Source of the DNA: Microbotryum violaceum
Lineage: Eukaryota
Assembly (NCBI GenBank): GCA_001244265.2
Contig: CDLV01000004.1
Coordinates: 3,224,001-3,288,000 of the forward strand
DNA length: 64,000 nt
Direction of reading: 5' to 3'
The notes beneath the pieces are model-generated. The model was not told where the DNA came from, searched no databases, and was given only the letters and a program-made list of their open reading frames with translations. The translations under genes were made by a program, and so were the position numbers. Positions 11,899 through 26,000 of this stretch are shown in pieces (position 1 is the first letter of the stretch; each line of letters begins with the position of its first letter).

Positions 11899-14833
11899 AT
11901 GACTACCATCGAACGCTTCGACAAAATCTTGTATGAGCATTTACAACCCGAAACGTGAGTACCTACTTCCCACACTGAACAACGCCGTTCGACTTGAGCT
12001 CAACCGTCGACGTTCACCGCACCTCGGAGAGCCGTCTTTCGGCGAGGGGCGGACACGATACGATGTGATTTCGATCGCCCAGTCGCCGTGGGAGTCATCG
12101 AGGCACGTGCACGAGAATTGTCAGTTGACTCTTTTTCGATTTACGATCTATTGGGTACTTGGTGCTTGATGCAGTGAATGGAGTCGATTGGGCCGTGGTT
12201 CGTTCGGTTGCGTGTACAAAGGCGAATATCTGGGACTCGAAGTGAGTTGGCCGAGGCTCCTGAACGGACGAGGACAGATTGACGCCTCCGAGGGCGGTGC
12301 GAGGTTTTCAATGCGGTTTGCCTTTGATGCTTCGCATGATCGATAATTGATCGTGTTTGCGGTTCCCGATGGACTATAGGTCGCGATTAAGGAAGTCTTG
12401 CCCAGCGGTGAATACGATGTCGACAAGTATTTCAGGCGCGAGTGCAAGATCATGGCCGAGACGAGACATCCCAACATTGGTCAGTTCTATAACCTGTAGT
12501 CCACTCCGTCCGATGTTGACTACTCATCCCACATAATCTTCGAGACAGTCCAATACCCCGGTCTCTGCCTCGCCCTTCCCGATCCACCTCGATACGACGG
12601 TGAAGCGTCTCGACAACGAATCCTCATCATCTCCGAATACCTCCCTCGCGGCAACCTGCGCCAATACATCGACGATCGCTCCCTCCCCTTCCCCTGGCGT
12701 CTTCGTCTCTCCTTCGCCATAGACGTCACTCGAGCGGTCGCCTACCTCCATTCACGTCAATGCTTGCACCGTGATTTGAAAGGAGAGAATCTGCTCTGTA
12801 CGGCGAATGAACGACTCAAGGTGTGCGATTTCGATTTCGCGAGGTTGGCGGCTCAGACAGATGAGGAGATGAGGAGGATGAGTTATTGTGGTACGGAAGG
12901 GTATATGAGTCCCGAGATCTTGTTGGGTGATGAGTTTGGTCTGCCTACGGATAGTGAGTGCTGGGGCTCTGGGGAGCTGGTGTTTGGGTGAGGGTGTCCG
13001 CTCACCCGCGTGGTTTGGGTCGTCTTGGCAGTCTTTTCGCTGGGTGTCATTTTCATCGAGGTCTTGTCGAGGCAGTTGGTCAACAACGAGATCTTTCAAG
13101 TGAGTCTCTAATGCCTCTTGGAGCTCGATTCGATGACGACGACGACGACGACGATGACGACGTCCGAAACTGACTTCGCTCACGATGTACTACGCTCTCT
13201 CTCAGCGCCTCATGCCAACCTTCGGTATCGACCCCTTGGAAGTGCGTGAACGAGCATCGCTCGGTCACCCAACCGAATTTCTTGACCTCGCTCTAAAATG
13301 TCTTCGACTCGATCCGACGCGTCGATCTACCGCGCTGGACGTACTAACCCGTCTCCGTCGAATCGAGACCCAAGTCCTCGCGGCCGAAGCGGAAGAGATG
13401 TCTAAATCTTCAACGATCGGCGGTGATCGCAGGGGCAATAAAATTGAATCACTGAACGTGGGAAGTTTGTCGTTCTCGGGTACGATCAAAAGAGGTTCGG
13501 TCGCTCGATGGGTCGGTGCGAGGGCTAAGGATCCGAGCTCGCTCGATCGACCGGCGGGTCCACTCCGTTTACCGAGCTGGGATGGACAGGTCAAAGTGCC
13601 TAAAACTCGGACGGGCAGTCAGGTCTCGGATACTCAGGAGCAATCAGGTGTGGTTGGCTCCTCGATCATTCGGGATAACATCGCAAAGGGTGTCGAGGCG
13701 CAAGAGGTTCAAGACGAAGAGGATACCTCCGATGGGCTCGACGACATCAATTTACTCGATCTGGCTGACATGGGATCTGATGGACCTCATCATCGAGGTG
13801 GTGCTGGTCTTGAACTCGGTAGTGATCACCTCTACACCGGTTCAGAATTTGACCAAGAATGGAAGTCCCACGAACGAAGTTCCTTCCTCTGCCAAGGACA
13901 ACGTCAGGCGGAATGGTCCACCTTGACCGTCAAAGCGCCGCCGATGAAAACGACTGCGCAGAACAAGGGTCGGGTGAGATTGTCGACGATGGCAGCGTTG
14001 TCGTCGGGTTTGTTGGCGTCTTTGCCTACTTCGTGGTTGGAGCAGCAGCGGAAACAGGTGGGTTTGGGACCTTTGATCAAGAACTGGGTGCAGGAAGGGC
14101 AGGGCGAGGGGATGTCGGAGCGTTCGGATGGGCCCGGTTCGGAGATCGTAAGTGAGAATATGATCCCCGCTGAGCCTCAGGTGAGGGTCGAACCCCAAGA
14201 GCAAGCGGAAACATCAGGCGGCGAGGTGTTCCATCCGACCATTCAAGGCCACGCGCAAGACTTTGTCTCGGCTCGATCAAGTGACCTCCTCCCAACCTCC
14301 TCATCCTCGCTCATCTTGATCGCCCAACCCCATCATTTCACTCTCGTCAAACTGGGATTCCAGAAAGTTTTGGCTGCCTTGTTGACCTACGGCCAAGCAC
14401 CACCTCCGACGATCGAGCCTTCCAAACCGACGAAACTCTTGGCTTTCGCTTCGGGTTCAAAACCGAAACAGTCGCCGCGACCTCAGACGACGAATCTGCG
14501 ATCTTCGCCGATGGTGGGTGAGGATAAGTGCGCTTATTGCGAGAAGAATTTTGGGACGTTCGGTTGGAGAGCTTATTTGGAGTGTGATGATTGTACGATC
14601 AAGTGAGTGGTTTTATTTTTTCTGGTCAGATGGGCGCAAAGGTCTCTGATGGACCACACGAGCGCAGAAGCTGACTTTTCAAATATGTACCCCTTTCGCC
14701 TACCTTGCCTCCTCAAGATGCCACATCAAATGCTCCGACGAGATGGACCTCGATTGTCACCAGCATCAATCACCCACACCAGCTCAAACAGTAACTAGCT
14801 CGGCTCTCTCCCCAAACCCTCGAACGCTGTTGA
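11899..14833 (+). CDS. TKL-group (LIMK/TESK-like) protein kinase with a C-terminal C1-like Cys/His finger, multi-exon
   Basis: LGRGSFGCVYKG, VAIKE, RHPNI, HRDLKGENLL, DFD in place of DFG, CGTEGYMSPE; C-terminal CAYC..LECDDC..CHIKC. Confidence 0.85.
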
Positions 14834-15332
14834 GTCCTCTGAACGGTGGTGGGCCGAAAGGTAAGTTATCGTTTGCGCGAACAAAGTGGACCGAGTAAGT
14901 CGGACAAGAAACGGATCGGGTTGTCGAATGGAGTTAGCGGAGGGGCTTCTACGGTGGCTGGTTGAAGTAATTCGACGGGAAAGGGTCTGCATGATGAGGA
15001 GCGAGTGAGCGAGGAGTGGTTTGAGGACTCTGCAGCAAGATGGAGAAAGACAGCCGTCTCAAGTCAGACATTTTTAACCGCGCCGCTCCATGTCAGCATC
15101 ATTGTGAACCAGCTTTAATCGAATCGAGTATATCGTGTATTCTCTTGCCATCTTCGCTCGTTCTCTGCATAGGCTCAAACAAACTTCGTGAATGAAAGCC
15201 TTTTCCCCATTGCCTCAAAAACGTCTCAGATCTAAAAGAAAGATGCGGGAAAAGAACCAAGCGGGATCTACCTTCCTGATGCCCTTCCTCAAATCCCCGA
15301 AAAGCCTCGAAAGTTTTAAAGTGCTGATGCGT

Positions 15333-16699
15333 TTACTGTGCGGGAAAAGTGGACCAAAAGGTCAGCGATCTGTCCCCTCTTTCGGCCCAGTGCCCCCATC
15401 AATAGCCAAGAACGTACCTCATCATCCTCCTCCTCCTCGGCTTCACCGGAACCGGCAGCGGCGGCCTTGGCACGCTTCCTCTTGACTCGGCCATCACGTC
15501 CACCACCGTACGGGGAGGTGAGAGAGAAGTCGATGTGCTTTTGCGAGTCGAGGCGGACAACGAACGAGGGCACGTTGACGATTTGCTTGCCGACGCTGTA
15601 GGAAATAAAGAGTTCAAAAGTCAGTCTTTCTGCGGGAATAGTAGCCAGTCTGGATCGCCCGAACGTACCGGATGTGGCGCTGGCGGATGAGGACACGGGC
15701 GTGGTGGATCGACTTGGCCAATCCGGATTTGAAGACCTGGGTTTGCAGGCGTCGTTCGAGGAAGTCCTCGACCTTTAACGCCAAGACGTAATCGAGACGG
15801 AGGCGGGTTTCATCCAAAACACCGACTCGCACCAATCGACGGATGAGGGCGTTACCTGTAGACCAGCAAAGCACGAGAGGCAGCGTGTCAGAGAGTAAGC
15901 CGTGGTGACGATCCTGCCACATTCGACCACTCCCCACCGACGTACCTTCGAAGAGACGCTTGGGGTCCTTCTCGTCGAGCTTGAGCAGATCACGGGCCGC
16001 ACGACGGATGTTGGACAAGAGGTACGAAATTCGCCAGATCTCGCGCTTGTTGCGCAGACCGTATTCACCGGCGAGCTTGAGCTCGGCATCGAGGCGGGCA
16101 GACTCGAAGGGGCGACGGGGAACCTATTGTGAGGTGAAGTTGGTTGGGATTGGTTTGTATGCAGTCCGCGTGGACGGTGGCAGAGATGCACGGTGGAGCA
16201 GTCGGGTCGAGTGCGAGTACGGTGGATGCAAGTGGGTGCGAGTGGGTGCGACGGCGGGCGTGGGCGTGCAGAGGTGGGCACGAGCGAGATCAGCGTGTCG
16301 ATTACAGCGGAGACGAGGTGCAGCACAAGAGCGGGTGAAAGAAAGAAGCAAGGATGGAAGAGAACATGTCAAGTCAGCTGCTGTCACACATCTGGATACG
16401 GTCCACGGTGTCCGTCGCCTGCTGCTGGCTGCTGCTTTGGCCCCAGGACAGGACGCGAAATCGGGCGGGCCCACCAGCGCCGACGGGCCCGCCAGCGGCA
16501 GGGCGGGCGAGCAAAATCGAAAACTGGCCCGCACGGCGAACGACACGACGGGCGGGAAGATGCTTCGACGGCTCTCAACGCACCTTGTAGACCTTGCTAA
16601 CGACGACTGTGTGCAGTGGCCCCCAGGGTGAAACAAGGTCAGTACGGATCGAGCGTATCGTCGTGCGAGCTTGTACTGACTGGGTGCTCCGGCGGTCAT
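15333..16699 (-). CDS. RPS9: 40S ribosomal protein S9 (uS4), multi-exon
   Basis: [56 protein letters not shown]-type motif ([15 protein letters not shown]), [28 protein letters not shown]. Confidence 0.97.
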
Positions 16700-17568
16700 T
16701 TTGATGTGCGAAGAACGTAGCCAAGGCGCGAGTGCACCAACTCGACCACTTTGGCCCGGGCGCGACGACTGGGTACTCGGGCGCTCGCTTGGGCCTTTGA
16801 GCTTTGGGGCCCGCGCGGCTAAAACAGCCGGGCCCCACCCAAGTTTTTTTCTCGACTGGACCGCAGGGGCCTGCGTGGGATTTTGACCCCGGTCCAAAAC
16901 CTGGCATCGTGAACCCCCTGTCGATGGCGTGCAATCCGAGGACCACTGCCCAGAGTCGGATTTTGGGCCTTTCCGGCGAGTGCTTCCCCTGACTCTCTTG
17001 GGAATTGCGGTGGAATTCCAAGGCTTCTAGAGGTTTTCTGATGCTTTTCTTTGGAACACACTGAACTTTCTGGGCCAGCGCAAGCAATTGAGAGACCGAG
17101 CGCCGGACAGGTCACCGGGAGCGCGTGAGCAAGCCAGCCGAGTGCCAGCTGACACCCAGCACACTGCCGGCACTGCCAGCTACTGAGCTACTGCCAGTTG
17201 CGGGCGGCGGGGTGAGCGTGAGCGTGAGCGTGAGGACCTTGACGACGGTGGCTCGGTTCACCGCCGTTCGCTCCCACATTCTGGTCCATCGAGAGCTCCA
17301 GTCCAACCGAGCAGCTTCAGTCCACAAAGGTAAGCGACCTTGCATCGTGAACCCGCCATCGACCCTACGACCAGCTTCGCCACCGACCCAGCGCAGTGGC
17401 TTCAATCACCACCACCCTCCCTACCACCACCAGCCGCTCCCCTCCCGCCCGCGCAGCGCACACAACCAGTCGCACGACGATCGCGCCTTGTCACCTTGTC
17501 AACGGCGGCCTGCTCCTACGGCGAACGATCCAGTAGCTGACACCTCAACCCCTATGCTGCCACCCTAG

Positions 17569-20500
17569 ATGTCGGGTACACGACCACCGGGAGCATTCCC
17601 GATTGCCGCGCCCGCACCTTCGTCGACCCCGAGCTCGACCAAGAACAAGAAGAAGAAGGCCAAGGCCAAGAGCAAGAAGCAGCTACAAGAGGCGCAGGAT
17701 CCGACCTCGCAACAACTGTCGGCGACCCGTCAGTACGACGACGATCTCGACGATGATCTCGACGACGATGACTTGCCCCCGCTCGAGAACGTCGACCACC
17801 AACACCTCCACCCGGGGCAGCAGCAACACCAACACCCGCACCAGCATCCCGGCGCGAGCCTCAACCCACGAGACGCACACGCCGTGCCGAATCAGGGCCA
17901 TCACAACGCCCACATCGCCAATGCTGCGACCGCCTATGCGGCCTATGGTCAACCCCACCCAGGAGCGACACCTTCGGACCTGCTCTCGACCGCGTCGGAC
18001 CTGTACCGACAAATCGAGGCCGCCGCGTCGCTCGCCTCTTCGCATCCGTCCTTTGCCGCCGCCGCTTTCCCACCCCCACCTGGCTCCAACAACCTCAACA
18101 ACAACGGCGCCAACACAAACTCGAACGGGCAGAACAACCAGCTCAACGGGATTCCGACCGATGACGCATACTGGACCTCGCTGCCCCAGCATCTGCGCCA
18201 GTTCATTCGCTCCGCATTGCCGAACGGCCAGCCGTTGCCGAATGGCTCCTTGCCACCCAACGTCAACGGCACTCTCGCCGCTCTCAGCTCGGTCGTCACC
18301 GGCGTGAATGGGCAATCCTTACCACCCTTGACACACGAGCAGCTATCCTCGGCGGCGCAACAGCTTGCGCAAGTCGTCAACTCGAACTGGGGTCAGCTCG
18401 GTTTGGGCCCGATGCCGGGTGTCGGAGGTGGGGCAGGCAATGGACAGAATGGGAACGGCCAGAACGGGAACCGTGGGGCGACAACGACGACGACGACAAC
18501 CGCGAACGGGGCGACCATCTCGCTCGGTGCGTTCCCCGTTTCGATGCCGACGCGTGAACAAATGGAGCACGCCTTGGGTCAGCTCGGCAATTTGGGTCAA
18601 CTCGGTGCTTTCGGTGCCGATGTCCTCAATAATCCAATGGCGCAGCAACCCCAGCCCTATCCGACTCATCACCATCACCACCCTCAGCAACAGAAGCAAC
18701 AACTCCAACACCAGCAGCCGCAGCCGCAGCAGCAGCACCATCACCACCATCACCATCACGATGACCCACCCCACCTCGACGAGACCGAGGACGAGGACGT
18801 CGGCCTCGGTGCGGGTGACCCCAACGGAACGACGACGACTTCTTCCAAGAAGAAAAAGAAGAAGAAGAAGAAGACGGGCGTGGCCGCAGCGGTGAACAAC
18901 ATCGCCAATGCGACGGGGGGCGATGTGGACGAGCTGGTTCGAAGGGAGACAGACGTCGTTGATCACGCCGAGGAGTACCGACTCGCTGCTGCACGCTACC
19001 CGAATTACCAGGTGCCCACTATGCCACCCTTGCCGGCACTACGAGGCACTATTGCGCCCAAGCCGGCCCCACCAGCGGCGGTCAATCCGGGACGAACAAC
19101 CGCGCCCCTGGCGAACCTGAACAATAGCAACAAGCAGGCCCGATTCACCGCCGGCACAACGCCGAGTATTGCTCCCCAAGCTGGGCCATCGAGCGAGAGG
19201 GAGAGAATTCGCGACTTCTGGTTGGGCCTGAAGGAGAACGAGCGACGGGCGTTGGTCAAGGTCGAGAAGGAGGCCGTGCTGCGAAAGATGAAGGAGCAGC
19301 AACGTTCGGGATGTTCGTGCGCGGTGTGTGGGCGCAAGCGGTCCGCGATCGAGGATGAGCTCGAACAATTGTACGACGCTTATTACGACGAGCTCGAGTC
19401 GTATGCTCTGCACCAGCAACGTTATCAGACTTCGGCACCGGGGACGATTTCACCCCCTCCCGGTCCGGGTCCTTTCCCTGGATCAGTCGACGTCGCGGCT
19501 TCGACACCGGCCGTACCGGCCCAAGTGGCTCGTCGGACAGGAGCGATCGTCAAACCGACGCGGGACCACAAGAACGTTCGACCGGCGGCCAAGAAGAAAC
19601 CGCCGCCGCCGACGGCGCCGAACGCGACCAATCCGCATCATCAGAACCACCATGATGGACCTGCGCATGGCGAACCAGGTCATACGCATTCGCCTAGCTG
19701 TCCTCACCACCCTCACAATCATCATGGACCTACGAACCCGACCACACCGGCGACGGCTCAGGCCAAGGCGAAAGGAGCGGCGGTCGAGCATGATCATCAT
19801 GATGAGGAGGAGGGCGACGAGGAGGAAGAGGAGGACGAGGAAGAATATGACGAGGATGAATATGACGATGAAGAGGAGGACGAAGAGGTGCGCTTTGGGG
19901 TTTTCCCAGTGCTTAAAGATGATTGCGGGATTGCTGATCCTTCGCCCATTTTCGTACAGTACGATGACGATGACGATCTCCCCCGGGACGACTTGCCCAA
20001 GAAGGTGAACAAGAAGAACCCCGACGCCGACTTTTTCGGGTTCGGCTCTTCGCTCACCGTCAAAGGTACGTCTCTTTCTTTCATCGCCACCTACCTCGCC
20101 CACGAAGAGAACTCGTGCTAAGCTAATGGCACCTTCGTTTTCTTTTTCCATTGCCTTTTTGCGAATCGACCAGGAGGCATTCTCACCGTCGCCGACGACC
20201 TGCTTAAGAACGATGGGCACAAGTTCCTCGAAATGATGGAGCAGCTTGCGGACAAGCGGATCCAACGCGAACGCGATGCGACGATGCTCATCGACGACGA
20301 AGACGATGACCCTTCGGATGAAGAGGAAGATGACGACGATGACGATGAGGAAGATGATGAGGTCGATGAAGGCGATGAGGAGGATGATGATGAGGTCATG
20401 ACGGAGGCGGAGAGGATGGAGGAAGGGCGTCGCATGTTCCAGATCTTTGCGGCGAGAATGTTCGAACAACGCGTTCTGACGGCGTATCGCGAAAAGTTGG

Positions 20501-22480
20501 CCGACGAACGTCAGAACCAGTTGCTGCGCGAGTTCGAGGCCGAGCAGAGGCAGGCCGAGGAGGCGCAGGCGAGAAAGGCCAAAGAGAATCAGAAGAAGAA
20601 GGACAAGAAGAAGTGGGTTCTCACTTTCTCCCTTTTCATTTGCACGGATGTTGACGGGCGGACATATATTTCGTTCGTGTAGGGATCAAAAGCAAAAGAA
20701 GGAAGAGGAGCGCTTACGCAAGGAAGCCGAACGCGAAGCAGCCGAGAAAGCCGCGCGCGAGGCCGAAGAGGCTCGACTCGAAGAAGAGCGTCGTCGCAGC
20801 GAAGAGGCACGCCAGAAACGCGAAGAGGAACGTCGCAAGAAGGACGAGGAACGTCTCAAGCGCGAGGAACGGGCTCGGCAGCTCAAGGAGGAGGAGCGTC
20901 GGTTGAGGGAAGAGAAGGCGCGCTTGGTCAAGGAGGCACGATTGGCGGTCGAGCGAGAGGTCAAAGAGAAGAAGGCACGCGAGGCGGCTGAGAAGAAGGA
21001 GCGTGAGGAGAGGGAGGAGAAGGCTCGGTTGGTCAGAGAGGCCAAGGAAGCGGAGGCTGCGCGTGAACGGCAGCGTGTGGCTCAAGAGGCCAAGGCTGCT
21101 AGTCAAGCAGCTGCCCGTGCCAAGCAGGCACAACAGCAACGGCAGGCCACTGCACCTGCGGCCGCTGCTGCTCAAGCCGCCGCCGCCTCCCGGTCCAAAT
21201 CGCCCAATGCGACTCGAGCCGCCCCTGGATCCCCGTCCAAGGCTCCTAATGGTCCTGGTGCCCCCAAGGCGCCGTCCTTGTCCGCTCCGACTCAGCAGCA
21301 ACCGATGCGATCATCGAACGCTGCACCTGGCCAGATGCCCACGCGAAGGCAACCTTCGATCTCGAGCATGCCGTCGAGCTTGCAGCAGCATCTGCAGCAA
21401 CAGCACCAGCAACCGCAGCATGGTTCGCCGATGCTTTCTCAGCAACAGCCGACGCCGTTACAGCAGCGGATCCCGCATCAGCAGCCGCAACAGTCGCAGC
21501 AAGCAATGCCCCCCTTTGGGCAACGATTGCATTCGACCGTGCCTCAGCAGGTGCCGAATGGCATTCCTCCCGCCCCCGGATCGTCGCGCCTGTTCTCGCC
21601 GACGCCAATCGGGCCCTCGCCGCAGCTGTTTGGTGGTCTGCATGGTCAACAGCAACAGTCGTCAATGGCCGGTGGAGGTTTCATGTCGCCGCCGCCCCAG
21701 CAGCACCCGAATCTGCTGGTCTCGCCTGCCGCCTTGGGACGGAACGCCGCCATCGGTCCGGCACCGCTCTCGGCGGGTGGTTCAAACATGTCCTCAATTG
21801 TAGCATCTTCGACTCGCCCGAACGGTATGCCATCGCTCTCGCAGCCCGCTCCGATAGCACCACCGTCTCTGTCGAACGCAGCGAGCCCTCGTCCGCTCCA
21901 CGTTGGTCCGATCGGCGGAGTGATTGGTCGCCCCGGGTCATCCGTTTCGGGCCAACGCTCCCTGTCACCCCCTCCTCGGGTGTTTGGCTCATCGGCGTTG
22001 CTCGAAGACGACGAGATCGTCGTGCCGCCACCGCGAGGCGCCTCGAATGTGCAGCCCCCACCTGGCCCACCTGGATCTGCGGTGCCCGGAGCCGAATGGT
22101 CGTCGCCGTTCTCGACGGGAATCTGGGGAGCTCCTGCGATGCCGACGCCGATGATCACGCCCGACCGTCATTCGATCGTGCGTGACCGTGCGCGGTTGAC
22201 CTACTTCCGCCTGTTTGAGAAATACGGCAATGCGGTGATCCCGATCAATGAGATCCATCGCGAGGTCGTCGCTGGCTGGCCCGACTCGGGTTCGATTGAG
22301 TGAGTTTTCGGTGAAGAGACATACTTGAGTAGGAATATCGAACTGATGTATGTGTGTTTGTGTTGCAGTGTCCCCGAACTGATCGAATCGATGGCGGTCG
22401 AAGGCAACATCGTTAACGGCGGTGGGACGTTCCTGATGGACCTGCAGAATGGCGAGCCTTGCGCGCAATACGTCGTATGA
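17569..22480 (+). CDS. NST1: Stress response protein Nst1 (SRP1/NST1 family), multi-exon
   Basis: [100 protein letters not shown] coiled coil. Confidence 0.92.
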
Positions 22481-23023
22481 TGTTCTTCCCGCCCCTGTTC
22501 TCTTTCCTCCTTCCTTCTCTTCTCTTTCCTTGCTCTTGTGCGGACTTGCATCGTCTTTCTCCCGAAGTTCTTTTGAACCCCTTTTCTCACTGATCTTTGC
22601 TCTGACTGTGTCTCTTGTCTCTGTGGATGATCTACTCTTTCGTCGTTTTCATTCCTCTCTCTCTCCCTCTCTCTCCATCGCTATATCACGCGCAATGTTC
22701 AGTGCATGAGATGCTAGTCATAGTACTTCTCTCAGTACGCTCTGAGAGCGGAATACGAGCTGAAACCGTGTTGAAATTGTCGCTTACCAATGTGAACTCG
22801 CTCTAATTAGCGCTGACTCGAATTGGCAGCGGCTCATTTCGCAACTCGCGTCCGGGCGCACCGGTGTATTCGCGCTCAGTGTCATCCTCGAGCTCGACGG
22901 GCGAATCGAACCAAGACTACCCTGTCGACGCGGCAGTTGGCTTAGCCCGCAAGTGGCGGGGGTGCTCCAGCTCAGGGATCCGGTCCAGATTAAGCGCTCC
23001 CATTCGCTGTTCCGGCCACGACG

Positions 23024-26000
23024 ATGCCACCTCGGTCGTTCGCCAAAGTGAGGGCGGCTCAGAAAGCCAGAGCTGCGGCGACTGCTCCTGCTGCTAGCAA
23101 TGTTACCAACCCCGACAAGGCCGACGACAAGGGTCAGCTCTCGGATGCGACTTCAGCGACCATCACCGATGATGTGAAGCCCCTCGCATCCACTTCGACG
23201 GGCACGGATGCCGCTGGTTTCCCTGCCGCGGTCGCTCTCCCCACTGAACCGATGGATCTGGACGAGACCGTCGAGGAAGGCACGGGCGACACCGAGATGG
23301 CCGACCCAGTCGAGGGACCCACCGTGACAGACGAGAACGACGAGAAAGTGTACCCGACCGCATCGACAGAGACGGCCGAGACCGCAGCAGCAGCAGCAGC
23401 AGCAGCAGCGGCGGCGGGATCAGATTCAGCTCGATTCAAGGGCAAGGCCAAGGAACTTTTCCCCGAGAGCAGCTCGGGCCCGGAGATGAAGGGGATGCAG
23501 AATGTCGGTGACCTGCAGACTTTGGGCGATGGGTTGCAGGCTATGGGGAAACAGGTTTGGAAGGGCAAGAATCTCGCGGATCCGATCAAGGCTGTCGAGG
23601 TGAGGTTTTCTTTCCACAATCCCCACTTGACCGCGACATTTTCTGTGATGGTTCAGTCCGTCACGCTCGGGCTGGATCACTGACTCTCTCTCTCATGATC
23701 GTGTGCGTGTTCAGGACAAGTGGGATCTATTACCCGCATTCTTGGCCGTCAAAGGTCTGGTCAAGCAGCACATTGACTCGTTCAACTACTTTGTCGACGT
23801 CGACCTGCAAAACATCCTCCGCGCCAACGCCCGCATCACCTCGGATGTCGATCCACACTTTTACCTCGAGTACGAGGACATTCGCGTTGGCGCACCCGAA
23901 CGATCGGACGAAAACCCGATGAATTCGAGTATTACCCCTCACGAATGTCGATTACGCGACCTGTCCTACTCCGCCCCCGTCTACGTCAACATCAGATACA
24001 CACGCGGCAGACAGGAGGTGTCGAGCAAAGGTATCCGTATTGGGCGACTACCGATCATGCTGAGGAGCAACAAGTGCGTTTTGACGGGCAAGGACAAGTC
24101 CCAGCTAGCAAGCATGAACGAGTGCCCACTCGACCCCGGGGGATACTTTGTCGTCAAGGGCACGGAGAAGGTCATTCTCGTGCAAGAGCAGCTATCCAAG
24201 AATCGTATCATAGTGGAGACCGAGCCCAAGAAGGGGCTTGTGCAAGCTTCCGTGACGAGGTGAGTGCGACAAGGACTGCTTCGGTGCCGCCGACCGAAGA
24301 TTGACCTGACAATGCTTCTTGCAGTTCAACATTGGAACGCAAGTCCAAGACCTACATCCTGACCAAGCATGGCAAGATCTACCTGAAGCACAACTCGATC
24401 CACGAAGACATCCCCGTCGCGATTGTCTTGCGAGCGCTCGGTGTCGTCTCGTCTCGTGAGATCGTACAGCTCGTCTGCGGCAACGACGACGAGTTCCGTT
24501 CGCATTTCGCCATCAACATCGAAGAGCTCGAAGACCTCAAGACCAAGTCTGGGCAGCAAATTCCCGTACAGACGCAGCAGCAGGCGCTCGACTACATTGG
24601 CTCGAGGGTCAAGATCATTCGGAGGACGGGACCCGGTGCTTCGTGGAGTCAACGACGACCGGCGAGTGAAGAGGCTATCGAGGTGCTCGCCACCGTCGTA
24701 TTGGCCCACGTCCCCGTCGAGGACCTCAACTTCCGACCCAAGGCCATCTACATCGCCATGATGGTGCGACGTGTGCTCATGGCCATGGTCGACCCCAAGA
24801 GCATCGACGATCGAGATTACGTCGGTAACAAGCGTCTCGAGTTGGCCGGTCAGCTCTTGTCACTTCTTTTCGAGGACTTGTTCAAAAAGTTCAACCACGA
24901 CCTCAAACTCAACATTGACAAGATCTTGAAGAAGCCGAATCGGACGACCGAGTTTGACGCGATCAAGCAGTTCCAACTGCACGGTGATGGGATCACGCAA
25001 GGTTTCGTCCGAGCGATTTCGACGGGTAACTGGTCCCTCAAACGTTTCAAGATGGAGCGGGCGGGCATCACCCACGTCCTATCGCGCTTGTCTTTCATCT
25101 CGGCACTGGGTATGATGACGCGTATCTCGTCGCAGTTTGAAAAGACGAGGAAGGTCTCGGGTCCTCGTGCGCTGCAACCTTCGCAGTGGGGTATGCTCTG
25201 TCCAAGTGATACACCCGAAGGAGAGGCGTGTGGACTGGTAAAAAACTTGGCGCTCATGACTCACATCACGACCGACGTGGAGGAGCAGCCGATCTGGAAT
25301 ATCTGCTTCCTCATTGGTTGTGAAGGTGCGATCGCTTATGCCCTCGGCTGTGTTATGTCATTCGGGAGGTTGACTGGACTACCGGTTCACGCTCCTCTAC
25401 AGATATTAACACGCTCGACGGCAACGAGATCTACACCGAAGGTTACTACATCGTGTACCTCAATGGTAATGTGCTGGGCCTGACGCGCACGGGCACGCGC
25501 TTCGTCAGTCAGTTCCGCCTGCTGCGTCGAACGGGCAAGATCAACGAGTTCGTCTCCATCTACGTCAACCTCACGCAACGATGCATCCACATCGCTTCGG
25601 ATGGTGGACGTATCTGTCGACCTATGATCATTGTGGAGAATGAGCGCAGTCGAGTTAAGGAGGTTCATATGAGGGTGAGTGGTCTGCAGGCTCCTCCGTC
25701 GATGACCATGGCGCTCTTTGACTGACTTGATCTTCCTCAGCTACTACGCGAGAAAAAAATGACCTTCGACATGTTCTTGCAAAAAGGCTTGATCGAATAT
25801 CTCGACGTCAATGAAGAGAACGATGCCTACATCGCTCTTTACGAACACGACATCATCCCCATGACGACCCATCTCGAGATCGAGCCCTTCACACTCCTCG
25901 GTGCCGTTGCTGGTCTCATCCCTTACCCGCATCACAACCAATCCCTCGAAACACCTACCAATGCGCCATGGGTAAACAAGCGATCGGTGCGATCGCGTAC

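Noticed and set aside
17603-22468. Many long alternative-frame and antisense ORFs over NST1 and other genes
   Set aside because: Shadow ORFs expected from high GC and codon bias; no recognisable domains.
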